Below are positions 29,076 to 38,956 of a DNA stretch of 64,000 nucleotides, one piece after another. Positions within the stretch are counted from its first letter, which is position 1. Every line of letters begins with the position of its first letter. This DNA comes from Nitrospira sp. Its GTDB lineage: Bacteria; Nitrospirota; Nitrospiria; Nitrospirales; Nitrospiraceae. The translations under genes were made by a program, and so were the position numbers. The stretch lies in contig AP038806.1 in NCBI GenBank assembly GCA_047150005.1, positions 160,001-224,000 on the forward strand. The letters run 5' to 3'. The notes beneath the pieces were generated by a model that searched no databases, was not told the origin of the DNA, and saw nothing but the letters and a program-made list of their open reading frames with translations.

Positions 29076-32000
29076 CTACTGAACCTTTACAATCGATGCC
29101 ACGGAAGGCACTCCATTGGAATTGACAATGAACAGCATATAGTATCCTGGGGGCGCAAGGTTCGCAGAACTCGGGGACTGGATGGTCAACCCACCCGCAG
29201 CCTGCTGAAAAGTCACAGGTACATACCTTTGATTTTGATCAAAAGCATGGGTTACCGCACCCAAACGAATGAGTGCCGCCGATGTGATCTGGGAAGCATC
29301 CGGAGTTGTGATTGAAAAGCTTGTTCCATACTGGATAGCAGCAGGTGCTGAGCTAATGACTGGACGTCCACCCTTAAATAGATATGGTGGTGAGTAAATC
29401 TCAGAACTCACTTGATCAGTCGGCTCATTGAGGCCGTTAAACCGACCACCTCCTGCGACAAGCACCCGCGCATCAGGCAGCAAGAGTGCGGTCGAGTGAT
29501 AGAGCCGAGGAGAGGCCATACTTGCAAGTAAGGTGAATGTCTGTGCAGCAGGTGACCACATTTCTGCTTGAAGAACAGCAGTATTTACGCCTATGGCATT
29601 GGTGGTTTGCCCCCCTCCGACAACCAGTACATTTCCATCGGGTAAGAGGACGGTATTGTGATACGTCCGGGCAAAATTCATTGATAAAACCTGCGTCCAC
29701 GTAGGTGAACCTTGGGTCATGTCCAGCACATAGGCGGTTGCTGCCGATGGTCTCGTCGCTTGATCTGGGTCCGCCGAAGTTCCTGTTTTTAGGATCTTGC
29801 CGGGTCGATACATGACAGCACTTCCACCGTCAGGCGTACTTGCATCGATCATCGCCCAGGTTTGCGTTTGTATCGTAAGTGCCCTTGTCGGTACAGGCTC
29901 CTCTGCGGTACTCGTGTTAAGCACCCGTCCGTCCGGCAGCACAAACATATGGGGATAGTATGGAATATCAAGAGACGCCCCATTCAAACTTGTCCAGCTA
30001 TTTGTGCTTGGATTGTATATCTCTGGAATCGCTGCCTGACAGTGATCACAGCTTGTTTCCCCCACAGTCGCCAAAGCACGGCCGTCTGGTAACGTCGTCA
30101 CTGTAGGATACCATCGAGGAAACTTCATGGGCTGGGCACTCGACCACGTCTGAGAGAACGGGTCAAACAGGTTGGCGTCCTTCAGCCCGACATGCCCATC
30201 AATATGCCCACCGGCGACCAATAGCTTCCCATCAGGCAACGCGGCAGCACCATTGCAGAAAATGTTGTCGCTTACAGGCACAGCAGAAAAACTATCCGTG
30301 GCAGGATCCCATACCCGCGCGTCATTACCCGCACTTTGGCCATCGGACGCAAGCACTCTTCCGGTCGGGAGCAATGCCATATGCACGGAAACGATCGGCC
30401 AGTCAAATGGCCCAGACCACTGACCGACCTGGCTTGGTGCCGGTGGTGGCGGCCCAGTAATGGCTCCACGGAATGCCACCATCTGCATTACCCAAGGGCC
30501 CGCACTCGTGAGCGGTGCGCTCGCACTGTAGCTCCCCGCGGTTGACGCAACCCGGTCTTCGGCGATGTCGCTGTCCGGCACAGTGATGACACGACTCGTA
30601 AATCCAGCGCCGGCAGAAGCATTACCAGTGGTCACGGTATTGGCCCCAAAGATCAGATCATTGGTATGTGTGGTGGTTACTGCACCACTATTGCTCGCTG
30701 TGTTGGTCCCTATAGCAGCAGATACGACATCTACCGAATTGACTGGATCCACTCCGCTGTACTCCAGAACTCTAATATCTGCATAGTTGGCTGACACGGT
30801 GAACCGTACGGTCACGGTATTGGCATTTGCAGCAGCTCCGACAATGTTTTTTGCATAATAAATCGACTGCGTTAAGCTACCAGGGTTGACTGTCGGCCCA
30901 ACCGCTAGAGAATACACATTGCCTGTAGAATCAGTCACCGAATTCACTTTTGCCGTCGTATCGTTCCAGCCGACGACGACCACATTGAGATTCCCTGATG
31001 TTTGGGCACTGGAAAATGTCACAGGGACGGTCAATTGCGGCGACTGCGGAGTGGCATAGGCAAGCTGGACAAAGGCTATCGGGCTCGCAGTGGACTGATT
31101 TGTCGTTGCAGTCGATATGTTCGAATAGCCGCTGAGATTGCCTGCAGCATCAGTCGCCCTTGTACGATAACTATAGCTGGTGCCAGATAAAAGGCCCGCA
31201 TTTGCGAAGGTGGTAACCGTCGACGTTGCGACCTGCGCGAAGGTAGTGCACCCTGCACCCTGACATCGTTCTATGAGATAATTGGTCACCCCCATATTGT
31301 CAGATGACCCAGTCCATGAGAGATTGATTCCGCCAGTTCCAGCTGCACTGGCAAGAAGATTCGAGGGATTCGTCGGAGGGCTTGAATCCACAGCGCCTCC
31401 TGACGCTGCCTTAAATGCGACCATCTGCATAATCGATGGACCAGCGCTTGAGAGAGGCGCGCTAGCACTATAACTCCCCGCCGTTGTCACCACCCGGTCC
31501 TCCGCAATATCCCCGTCCGGAGAAGTAATCATTCGGTTCGTAAATCCGGTTCCGGGGCCTGTCGTGCGCGTGAAGACGATATTGGCCCCAAAAATGAGGT
31601 CGTTGGCATTCGTGGTGGTCGCGGCACCACTGTTGCTGGTCGCACTTGTTCCTATCGCCGCAGCAGTGGCATCCACTGGATTAACGCGATCTAGTCCGCT
31701 GTACTCCAGAATCCGAATGTCTGCGTATTGAGCCGGCACAGTGAACCGGACTGTCACTGTATTTCCACTCGCACCTGCAGCCAAAATACCCCTCGCATAG
31801 TAGATCGATTGACTTAATTGACCCGAAGCCTGGGTTGGCCCAACCGCCAAAGTATATACATTCCCGTTCGAGTCCGTTACCGAACTTACTGCGGCCGTCG
31901 TATCATTCCATCCGACGACGACCACGTTGAGATCTCCGGCCACTTGAGCACTCGTGTATGTTACCGAAACTGTCGACTGGGGTGATTGTGGAGTCGCGTA

Positions 32001-32171
32001 GCTTCCTTGGACAAAACTTATCGCAGCATTGGCACTTCCAGCCAACACATGGCATGTGGATACGATTAGTGCCGCAGCGAGGAGAACCAGGTTTAGCGGC
32101 TTGCAGAAGCGGTCGGATCTGCGCATACGGTAATTCCACACCAGATTTGTCGATCCAACGATTCGCATCAC
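29076..32171 (-). CDS. Secreted galactose-oxidase-like copper radical oxidase (AA5-like Kelch + DUF1929) with duplicated N-terminal domain and FN3
   Basis: NIFCNG, RWYP, RLYHS, VTHAF and APPGYYMLF motifs; FN3 (PTNPSNL...LSW...YSYR); signal peptide. Confidence 0.85.
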   Translation of the reverse strand: MMRIVGSTNLVWNYRMRRSDRFCKPLNLVLLAAALIVSTCHVLAGSANAAISFVQGSYATPQSPQSTVSVTYTSAQVAGDLNVVVVGWNDTTAAVSSVTDSNGNVYTLAVGPTQASGQLSQSIYYARGILAAGASGNTVTVRFTVPAQYADIRILEYSGLDRVNPVDATAAAIGTSATSNSGAATTTNANDLIFGANIVFTRTTGPGTGFTNRMITSPDGDIAEDRVVTTAGSYSASAPLSSAGPSIMQMVAFKAASGGAVDSSPPTNPSNLLASAAGTGGINLSWTGSSDNMGVTNYLIERCQGAGCTTFAQVATSTVTTFANAGLLSGTSYSYRTRATDAAGNLSGYSNISTATTNQSTASPIAFVQLAYATPQSPQLTVPVTFSSAQTSGNLNVVVVGWNDTTAKVNSVTDSTGNVYSLAVGPTVNPGSLTQSIYYAKNIVGAAANANTVTVRFTVSANYADIRVLEYSGVDPVNSVDVVSAAIGTNTASNSGAVTTTHTNDLIFGANTVTTGNASAGAGFTSRVITVPDSDIAEDRVASTAGSYSASAPLTSAGPWVMQMVAFRGAITGPPPPAPSQVGQWSGPFDWPIVSVHMALLPTGRVLASDGQSAGNDARVWDPATDSFSAVPVSDNIFCNGAAALPDGKLLVAGGHIDGHVGLKDANLFDPFSQTWSSAQPMKFPRWYPTVTTLPDGRALATVGETSCDHCQAAIPEIYNPSTNSWTSLNGASLDIPYYPHMFVLPDGRVLNTSTAEEPVPTRALTIQTQTWAMIDASTPDGGSAVMYRPGKILKTGTSADPDQATRPSAATAYVLDMTQGSPTWTQVLSMNFARTYHNTVLLPDGNVLVVGGGQTTNAIGVNTAVLQAEMWSPAAQTFTLLASMASPRLYHSTALLLPDARVLVAGGGRFNGLNEPTDQVSSEIYSPPYLFKGGRPVISSAPAAIQYGTSFSITTPDASQITSAALIRLGAVTHAFDQNQRYVPVTFQQAAGGLTIQSPSSANLAPPGYYMLFIVNSNGVPSVASIVKVQ
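30470..32021 (-). repeat. Intragenic duplication of a ~200-aa domain (~31410-32021 and ~30470-31079)
   Basis: Both copies read FVQxxYATPQSPQ...LNVVVVGWNDTTA...YADIRxLEYSG...DLIFGAN...DIAEDRV...MQMVAF. Confidence 0.9.
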
Positions 32172-32327
32172 AGTTTTCCCTCCTCTCCTCCAAGATCGAG
32201 AAGCAAAGTGAGTTGGTCACAGGATTTGGCGAGCTCTTTTACCTCGACTTGGCAGGTTTCTTACAATGTCAACGCAAGGCACTGTCGTACAGTTCGTGCA
32301 GACCTTCTTTTCTGCCTCTAATGTAGA

Positions 32328-33056
32328 TCAGCATGACTTTACCAATGGACGAATATGAATATCGGTGATTTCAGCTGTTCGAGGGAGTGTTAATGCATGG
32401 ATGACAACGCTCGCAATATCTTCCGGCTGAAGAAGAAGTTGCGCGTCATAGGTTTTGGCTTCAAGGCGGTGAACCGTCTCTTGCATGGCAGAAGCAGTTC
32501 GACCTGCGAAGATGCTCAGGACACGTACTCCGTCCGGATTAACCTCGTCACGCAAGCTGTCTGCCACAGCCTTCAACGCATGCTTGGTGGCAGCATACTG
32601 GCCGACGTTTGCTCTCGCATGTACTCCCATACTCGAATTGATGAAGACCACTTGTCCTCGGCGAGCTCTTACTCGAGGCAGAAGTTTCTGTGTAAGGAGA
32701 TAAGGAGCCCGAAGATTAATCGTATACTGGCGGTCGAAATCCTCGATCGTCGAAGATTTCATCTCGCCAATGATAATGTCACCAGCCGCGTGCACCAAGA
32801 CATCAATGTGTTCAACCTCTTGTTCAAGCCGCTGAATCAAACAAGAAAGATCTTGCTCAACAGAAAAGTCCACCTGATATACCGTCACCTTGGGGGAACT
32901 ACCCGTGGCTGTCCGAGCCGTTCCCAGCAGTCGCTCCTTATCCCGGCCTAGAAGACACAGCGATGTTCCTTCCCTGGCAAGCCCAAGAGCGATGGCTCGG
33001 CCGATCCCACTGCTGGCTCCTGACACTATTGCCGTTTGGTTTGCTAGCGATCCCAC
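32328..33056 (-). CDS. SDR family oxidoreductase
   Basis: SGASSGIG and YAATK motifs. Confidence 0.88.
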   Translation of the reverse strand: MGSLANQTAIVSGASSGIGRAIALGLAREGTSLCLLGRDKERLLGTARTATGSSPKVTVYQVDFSVEQDLSCLIQRLEQEVEHIDVLVHAAGDIIIGEMKSSTIEDFDRQYTINLRAPYLLTQKLLPRVRARRGQVVFINSSMGVHARANVGQYAATKHALKAVADSLRDEVNPDGVRVLSIFAGRTASAMQETVHRLEAKTYDAQLLLQPEDIASVVIHALTLPRTAEITDIHIRPLVKSC

Positions 33057-33121
33057 AGATCGTGGCCCTCAAAAAACCGTACCTACACGGGTACAAATCA
33101 GACTCTGTTCTCCATTCTGAC

Positions 33122-33284
33122 TAGAACCTATCTCAAAATTGAAAATTAGCATTTCGAAGGGAGTCAACTGCACGAAGCTCAAGGAGGCACCCGTGTTTGT
33201 CAGGCGATGTGACGACTTTTTCATGTACATGTCAGCGATGCAGAGACCGAATCCTATCAAAAATCGATTTTGAGATAGGTTCTA
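33122..33284. mobile_element. MITE (non-autonomous, ~160 bp)
   Basis: TAGAACCTATCTCAAAAT (33122-33139) and ATTTTGAGATAGGTTCTA (33267-33284) form a perfect 18-bp inverted repeat; the outer TA is a likely target duplication. Confidence 0.8.
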
Positions 33285-33285
33285 A

Positions 33286-34611
33286 TCAGGTCACTTGCCA
33301 GCTCTGATTCTCCAATAACCCGTGTCTGAGAAGCCTCTCGGCCGCTTCATGAATGACACGAAATGGAAGATTTGCCCTCTCGGCAATATCCAGAAGAGAG
33401 TACTGTCCATCAGACAAGTTAAGAACCCACAAAGTCGCAAGCTCATTTAACGGTTGATCAGTCTCACCTCCGACCGTTCTATAAAGACCTCTCTTACCTA
33501 ACCTCACCTCGCATTTTGGATTCAGATTCAGGTTGCGCCTGTTGTTTTCGAGCACGTGGACAACCTCAAGGTAGATTGATATGGAGTCCGCTAACGCCTC
33601 TGCCGATACAAACTCCAGGTTGTCCGCTGATGTATGGTACTGCGGGTAGGACCCATGGGGCGTCCTTGTCAACGACCCGACCGGCAGATTGAAGCCCGGC
33701 GAGCAGTATTGTCGCTCGTCATACCCATATGGGGAGAAATCTCTTATGTGATGCGGCTTCCCGGAATGTTTCAGGACATGTTGTACCACACGATCAATTA
33801 CGGCATCTCCTCGACGGCTTTTTTTATAATGAAACGTTCCGGAATCCCCGACTCCAGTCACAACCAAACCATGCTTGATCCGAGAAGCCAACGCTTCGTT
33901 CTTTGCCAGCCAGGCGATCGATCCAATTGCCCCAGGGATGAAAAGGAAACGATACGAGTGCCGCAACGACAGGCCTGCTAATATCTCGGCGAGAGAAGAT
34001 GTCAGCGCGATCCCGGAGAGATTGTCATTGCAGAGTGATGGGTGACAGCAATGGCAGGAGAGCAGCACTTCTTCATCGCTTTCTCCCTGAATTCGATACT
34101 CTCCATACGTCAGGTGACCATCCTCAAGACTTGAATCGATGACCACCTCGTATTCTCCCTCCTCTAGGCGATCCAGTTGTTTCTGACTGAGACAAAAGCC
34201 CCAATCCTCTTTGTAATAGGACGTGCGATAGGGAATCCATTCCGGATGGCCCGGCAACGAATACAGATGATGCTTGAGTTCTTGGAGGGGCATTTTGAGA
34301 CGAACCGGCATGCTGTATTGCATGAGATGAAGATTGTGCTCTTGAAAATCGATCACCTTCTTCCCGCTGGGTCCCCTCACGTAAGCATCCCGGATGTTCC
34401 ATTCTTTCGGAATCGTCCAATCGAACACTTCCGTGCCGCTCGGCACCTCATGAATCGAGATTGGAATCACCTCTTGAATCCGCTTCATGGTCTGGCGATA
34501 CCCATCCCCCGTGATACTTCGGCAGATGGGGTACAATTCCTCAATCATGCGATACATGTCCTCGCCGACACCATGGAGGTCCTCTGATTTAATCGAAGAT
34601 ACGGTTTTCAT
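33286..34611 (-). CDS. DUF4910 / M28 aminopeptidase-like polysaccharide biosynthesis protein
   Basis: PICRSITG, FDWTIPKEW, CHPSLCNDNLSG, DERQYCSPG and YHTSAD motifs; C-terminal winged helix. Confidence 0.88.
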   Translation of the reverse strand: MKTVSSIKSEDLHGVGEDMYRMIEELYPICRSITGDGYRQTMKRIQEVIPISIHEVPSGTEVFDWTIPKEWNIRDAYVRGPSGKKVIDFQEHNLHLMQYSMPVRLKMPLQELKHHLYSLPGHPEWIPYRTSYYKEDWGFCLSQKQLDRLEEGEYEVVIDSSLEDGHLTYGEYRIQGESDEEVLLSCHCCHPSLCNDNLSGIALTSSLAEILAGLSLRHSYRFLFIPGAIGSIAWLAKNEALASRIKHGLVVTGVGDSGTFHYKKSRRGDAVIDRVVQHVLKHSGKPHHIRDFSPYGYDERQYCSPGFNLPVGSLTRTPHGSYPQYHTSADNLEFVSAEALADSISIYLEVVHVLENNRRNLNLNPKCEVRLGKRGLYRTVGGETDQPLNELATLWVLNLSDGQYSLLDIAERANLPFRVIHEAAERLLRHGLLENQSWQVT

Positions 34612-34644
34612 TTGGGAAACCGTGACCGCGCAAAAGATAGGGAT

Positions 34645-35190
34645 TTACAAGCCAATATGGCCGGCTTCAAGATCGGGGTACGATTGATCCTTCTGCGACA
34701 TGGTCTTATCTGCCTCCGGCCAGTTGATGCCCAGGCTTGGATCATTCCACCGAATGCCTTTGGAAGCAGCCGGCTCATAGAATTCTGACATCTGGTACGA
34801 GATCTCAGTATCGTCTTCAAGCGTCTGGAACCCGTGGGCAAAGAGTTTTGGAATGTAGAGCATTCTATGATTCGTCGCGGTCAGCTCAATTGCAAACCAC
34901 TTGAGGAATGTGGGTGAATCTTTCCGAAGATCGACGATCACATCAAAGAGCGAGCCCTTTGTACAGCGAACCAGCTTTACCTCAGCGTGTGGAGGGATCT
35001 GGTAGTGCAGTCCTCTCAACGTCCCCTTCAGCTTATTGAAGGACACATTACATTGGACGAGGTGAGGATCAAGCCCCTTGGCGGCAAACTCCCGCACGCA
35101 CCACGACCGCGCGAAAAAGCCTCGTTCATCTTCATGCTTCTCGACCTCGACCACATATGACCCCGGCAGGGACGTTTCGGCAAAGATCAT
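34645..35190 (-). CDS. rfbC: dTDP-4-dehydrorhamnose 3,5-epimerase family
   Basis: DERGFF, GTLRGLHYQ, AHGFQTL and IRWNDP motifs. Confidence 0.92.
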   Translation of the reverse strand: MIFAETSLPGSYVVEVEKHEDERGFFARSWCVREFAAKGLDPHLVQCNVSFNKLKGTLRGLHYQIPPHAEVKLVRCTKGSLFDVIVDLRKDSPTFLKWFAIELTATNHRMLYIPKLFAHGFQTLEDDTEISYQMSEFYEPAASKGIRWNDPSLGINWPEADKTMSQKDQSYPDLEAGHIGL

Positions 35191-35205
35191 CGTTGAAACT
35201 CACGC

Positions 35206-36441
35206 TCAGGAATAGACTCGCACTTCCGGAATGGGAACCACGAACTGTCCTCCCCACTCGCGAATATAGTCAACCTGAGTCATGATTTCGTCCTTAAAGT
35301 TCCAAGGAAGAATCAGCACATAATCGGGTCTGGTTTCTCTAATCTTCTCCGGAGAGAAAATCGGGATGTGGGTGCCCGGCAGATACTTTCCCTGCTTATA
35401 GGTATTTCGATCCACCGTATAGTCCACAAAATCGCCGCGCACGCCGCAGTAGTTCAGCAACGTATTGCCTTTCCCTGGAGCCCCATATCCTGCGATTGTT
35501 TTCCCCTTCCGCTTGGCCTCAATCAGGAATTCGAGTAACTTTCGTTTTGTTTCTTTCACCTTCTCTGCAAAGAGGGCGTATGTGTCGAGCAATTCAACGC
35601 CCGCAGCTTTTTCTCTCTGTATCAGCTCGCGGTATCGTTCCGTTACACGGTGGGTCATATCTTCTACATGATGACCGTAGATACGGAGTGATCCCCCGTG
35701 CGTTGGAAGTTCTTCTACATCGAATAGAGTCAACCCATGTGCCGCAAAGATTCTTTCGGCACTCATCAAGGAAAAATAGAAGAAATGCTCATGGTAAATG
35801 GTGTCAAACTGGTTTCCCTCCATGAGCCTCATCAAATGCGGGAATTCAATTGTGACAACTCCTTGCTCAGCCAGCAGCAGTTGGATCCCCGCCACAAAGT
35901 CATTGATGTCGGGGACTTGAGCCAGCACATTGTTCCCGAGCACGAGATCCGCTCTCCCGCGCTCGGCAACCAACTCGCTTGCTGTTTGTCGGCCGAAGAA
36001 CTTAACCAGCGTAGGAACGTTCTTTGTCCTCGCTGCCTCGGCGACATTGGCTGCCGGTTCAATTCCTAAAACTGGAATACCTTTGGTGACAAAATGCTGC
36101 AACAAGTAACCGTCGTTGCTCGCGAGTTCGACGACAAAACTCTTCGCAGTCAGCTTAAGCCGCTCAACGATCATCTCTGCATACCGTTTCGCATGCTGTA
36201 CCCAACTGTCTGCATAGGAAGAAAAATACGCATACTCCGTAAAGATTTCAGCAGGACTGACATACTCATGCAGCTGAACCAGGAAGCACTGCTCACAGAC
36301 ATACACATGCAGCGGATAAAAAGGCTCCATTTGATTTAGCTTGTCTTCGCTGACATAGCTTTCGCACAGCGGGTGCATGCCAAGGTCTACAAAGGTTCTT
36401 CGTAGGGGTGCTTTGCAAAACAAACAGCTCTTGGTTTCCAT
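35206..36441 (-). CDS. NDP-hexose C-methyltransferase (Zn-ribbon + SAM)
   Basis: CLFC...CEQC Zn site, ASNDG, FDTIYHEH, HGGSLR and YGAPGKGNTLLN motifs. Confidence 0.9.
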   Translation of the reverse strand: METKSCLFCKAPLRRTFVDLGMHPLCESYVSEDKLNQMEPFYPLHVYVCEQCFLVQLHEYVSPAEIFTEYAYFSSYADSWVQHAKRYAEMIVERLKLTAKSFVVELASNDGYLLQHFVTKGIPVLGIEPAANVAEAARTKNVPTLVKFFGRQTASELVAERGRADLVLGNNVLAQVPDINDFVAGIQLLLAEQGVVTIEFPHLMRLMEGNQFDTIYHEHFFYFSLMSAERIFAAHGLTLFDVEELPTHGGSLRIYGHHVEDMTHRVTERYRELIQREKAAGVELLDTYALFAEKVKETKRKLLEFLIEAKRKGKTIAGYGAPGKGNTLLNYCGVRGDFVDYTVDRNTYKQGKYLPGTHIPIFSPEKIRETRPDYVLILPWNFKDEIMTQVDYIREWGGQFVVPIPEVRVYS

Positions 36442-36477
36442 GTTGACTGGACCTTCCGCCTGGGTGGGGCAATGACA

Positions 36478-37551
36478 TCAGCGAAGAGCGCCCGTTTTGT
36501 TTATCAAGTCGGGCCATTCAAGTTCATCGGTAAGCAAGCCAGATTCACGTAGCTTGTTGATCACATTGAGGCGCACATACTGGGACTCACGAAAGGCTGG
36601 ATCGCTGAAACGCGCCCGTTCGAGGCCTTCCTTCAATTCAAGGATCGTGGACTTCAAGTCGGTGAGTGGTTGAAACTTCGGGGCAAGCTGCTTGAACAAG
36701 TCATAACTGACACGGTAAGAGCGCTTGTCAGGCGGGGCATTCCTGTTGATGGATACTTCGACACCGGGGATGGCTTGGGCCACTGCATCAGCCAGGTCCT
36801 TTACCTGATAGTTCCATTCATTGCTCCCCACATTTACGATTAATCCGGTTCCACCTTGACCGGCTCCCCTCGTGATCGCCCATTCGATCGCTCGTGCCAT
36901 ATCCGTTACATTAATAAGAGGCCTCCACGGCGTCCCATCACTCATGACCACGATCTTTTTCTGGGTCAGCGCCCCGGTCACAAAATCATTGAGAACGAGG
37001 TCGAGCCTCAGTCGGTCGCTCATCCCGCAAGCCGTTGCGAATCGCAGGCAGGTCACCATGAACCGGTCGTTCGCCATTGGAATCAGCTCTTTCTCAGCCA
37101 TCACTTTCGACCGAGCGTACGCTGTCAGCGGATCCAGCTTCGACGATTCCTGCTTCGCTTCCTCTTCGGCGCAGCCATAGACACTGCAACTCGATGCAAA
37201 GACGTAAGACCGAACACCGGCTCTCTTCGCCATTGCTGCGAGTTCCACAGCAGCTTTATAGTTGACCGCTAGTGTCGCGTGCTCATATCGGTTGCCCATT
37301 GGGTCATTGGAGATCGCAGCCAGATTGACAACCGCATCAACGTCCTCGAATAGATTCTCGTCTATGGAGCGAACGTCCCCGAAGACTTGAGTATCCAGGT
37401 AGACCTCCGGGAGAGGCGTGAAGCCGATCAAGCAGTGTGCGAAGAGGCCTGCATCGAATCCTATGAGAGAAGCTTGAGGATAGGCTTGACGTAGGTGGCG
37501 CGTCAGCACCGGCCCTACATAGCCCATATTTCCCAGAACAAGGATCTTCAT
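36478..37551 (-). CDS. NAD-dependent epimerase/dehydratase
   Basis: GNMGYVG, LAAISNDP, YARSK and RLRLDLVLN motifs. Confidence 0.88.
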   Translation of the reverse strand: MKILVLGNMGYVGPVLTRHLRQAYPQASLIGFDAGLFAHCLIGFTPLPEVYLDTQVFGDVRSIDENLFEDVDAVVNLAAISNDPMGNRYEHATLAVNYKAAVELAAMAKRAGVRSYVFASSCSVYGCAEEEAKQESSKLDPLTAYARSKVMAEKELIPMANDRFMVTCLRFATACGMSDRLRLDLVLNDFVTGALTQKKIVVMSDGTPWRPLINVTDMARAIEWAITRGAGQGGTGLIVNVGSNEWNYQVKDLADAVAQAIPGVEVSINRNAPPDKRSYRVSYDLFKQLAPKFQPLTDLKSTILELKEGLERARFSDPAFRESQYVRLNVINKLRESGLLTDELEWPDLINKTGALR

Positions 37552-37687
37552 GCTTTCCTTCCTTTCACTGAACGGCCTGTTGAATCCGCTGTCAACCGGG
37601 CGTTCCTCTCCCGAGGGAATTGAGTATTTATCCCAAGGACACTACCACCGATCGTCAAGAAATCTGTCGTTATTGAGGATTGCTGAA

Positions 37688-38956
37688 TCAGGCACGCAAC
37701 GGTAACGTCGCAGGCCTGATCTCAAGATTCCCATTGAGAGCTTCCTGCCTCGACTCGCTGCCGGGAGCAACGGCGAGAGACTTCAGCACTTCGGCCACAA
37801 CTCGATCCTGCTGTCGGGAAGTGAGTTCCGGGAACATCGGAAGCGACAAGATATGCGCCGCTGACTTCTCGGCGACCGGAAAGCCTCCAAGCCGGAAACC
37901 GAGTTCTTCGTAGGCCTTTGTCAGGTGCAGCGCTGTCGGATAGTGAATCCCCGTTCCGATACCTACGTCGCTCAGCTGTTGCTGAAGCCGAGTACGATCA
38001 TCAACCTGGACCACATAGAGGTGATAGACCGACCGTGCCCAGTCAGGCTGATGAGGTAACATGACGATCCCTTCTGCTCCGGCAAACAATTTATTGTAGC
38101 GCTCCGCCACCTGCCGCCGCTGTTTGTTCCATTTTGACAAATGGCGTAGTTTGACGCGCAAGAATCCGGCCTGGACCGCGTCAAGGCGACCGTTGTAGCC
38201 TTCGATGTCATGGCAATACTTCTTTGATTGCCCATGGTCCCGCAAGAGGCGACACGTCTGCGCGATCTTGTCGTCGCTCGTCGTAATCGCTCCCGCTTCG
38301 CCGCAGGCGCCGAGATTCTTGCCGGGATAGAAGCTGAACGCGGCGGCGTGTCCCATCGAGCCGGCCTTGTGCCAGCGTTTATCCTTCTGCGAGAAGTACT
38401 CCGCTCCTTGTGCCTGACACGCGTCTTCAATCACCTTGAGGTCATAGTGGGCGCAAATAGCCAAAATCGGATCCATGTCAACCATCTGCCCATAGAGATG
38501 CACGGGAATGACCGCCGTCACAGGATTGCCGGATTGCTTGTGGAAAGCCCGCTTTGCGTTAGAATCCCACGAGCACTCCTTCTCCAAATACTGAAGAAGT
38601 TTCCCTGGATCCATGTTGTAGGTTCGTTCGTCGATATCGACAAAGCCAGGGCGAGCCCCCGCCTGAGATATGGCTTCGGTTGTAGCGATAAACGTATTCG
38701 GCACCGTAATCACCGTATCTCCCGGTCGTATCCCCGCAGCCATCAGTGCAAATCGCAAGGCATCCGTGCCGCTGCTTACCCCGACGCAGAATCGCGATTC
38801 ACAAAACTGAGCAAAGTCCTCCTCGAACCCTTGCACCATCGGCCCACCGATAAATCCAGCGCCGTTCAGAGCGGTCGTCAGCACTTCGACCAATTCGTCA
38901 CGCAATTCCCGATGAACCGTGACCAGATCCAGAAACGGAATGTTCTCGTTCGTCAT
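37688..38956 (-). CDS. DegT/DnrJ/EryC1/StrS aminotransferase
   Basis: Start MTNENIPFLDL at 38956 (ATGA overlap). SSGTDAL, EDACQA and SFYPGKNLG (PLP Lys) motifs. Confidence 0.92.
   Translation of the reverse strand: MTNENIPFLDLVTVHRELRDELVEVLTTALNGAGFIGGPMVQGFEEDFAQFCESRFCVGVSSGTDALRFALMAAGIRPGDTVITVPNTFIATTEAISQAGARPGFVDIDERTYNMDPGKLLQYLEKECSWDSNAKRAFHKQSGNPVTAVIPVHLYGQMVDMDPILAICAHYDLKVIEDACQAQGAEYFSQKDKRWHKAGSMGHAAAFSFYPGKNLGACGEAGAITTSDDKIAQTCRLLRDHGQSKKYCHDIEGYNGRLDAVQAGFLRVKLRHLSKWNKQRRQVAERYNKLFAGAEGIVMLPHQPDWARSVYHLYVVQVDDRTRLQQQLSDVGIGTGIHYPTALHLTKAYEELGFRLGGFPVAEKSAAHILSLPMFPELTSRQQDRVVAEVLKSLAVAPGSESRQEALNGNLEIRPATLPLRA

Noticed and set aside
37640..37650. ops-like GGTGGTAG on the minus strand
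   Set aside because: Mismatch to GGCGGTAGnnTG, and an 8-mer is expected by chance.
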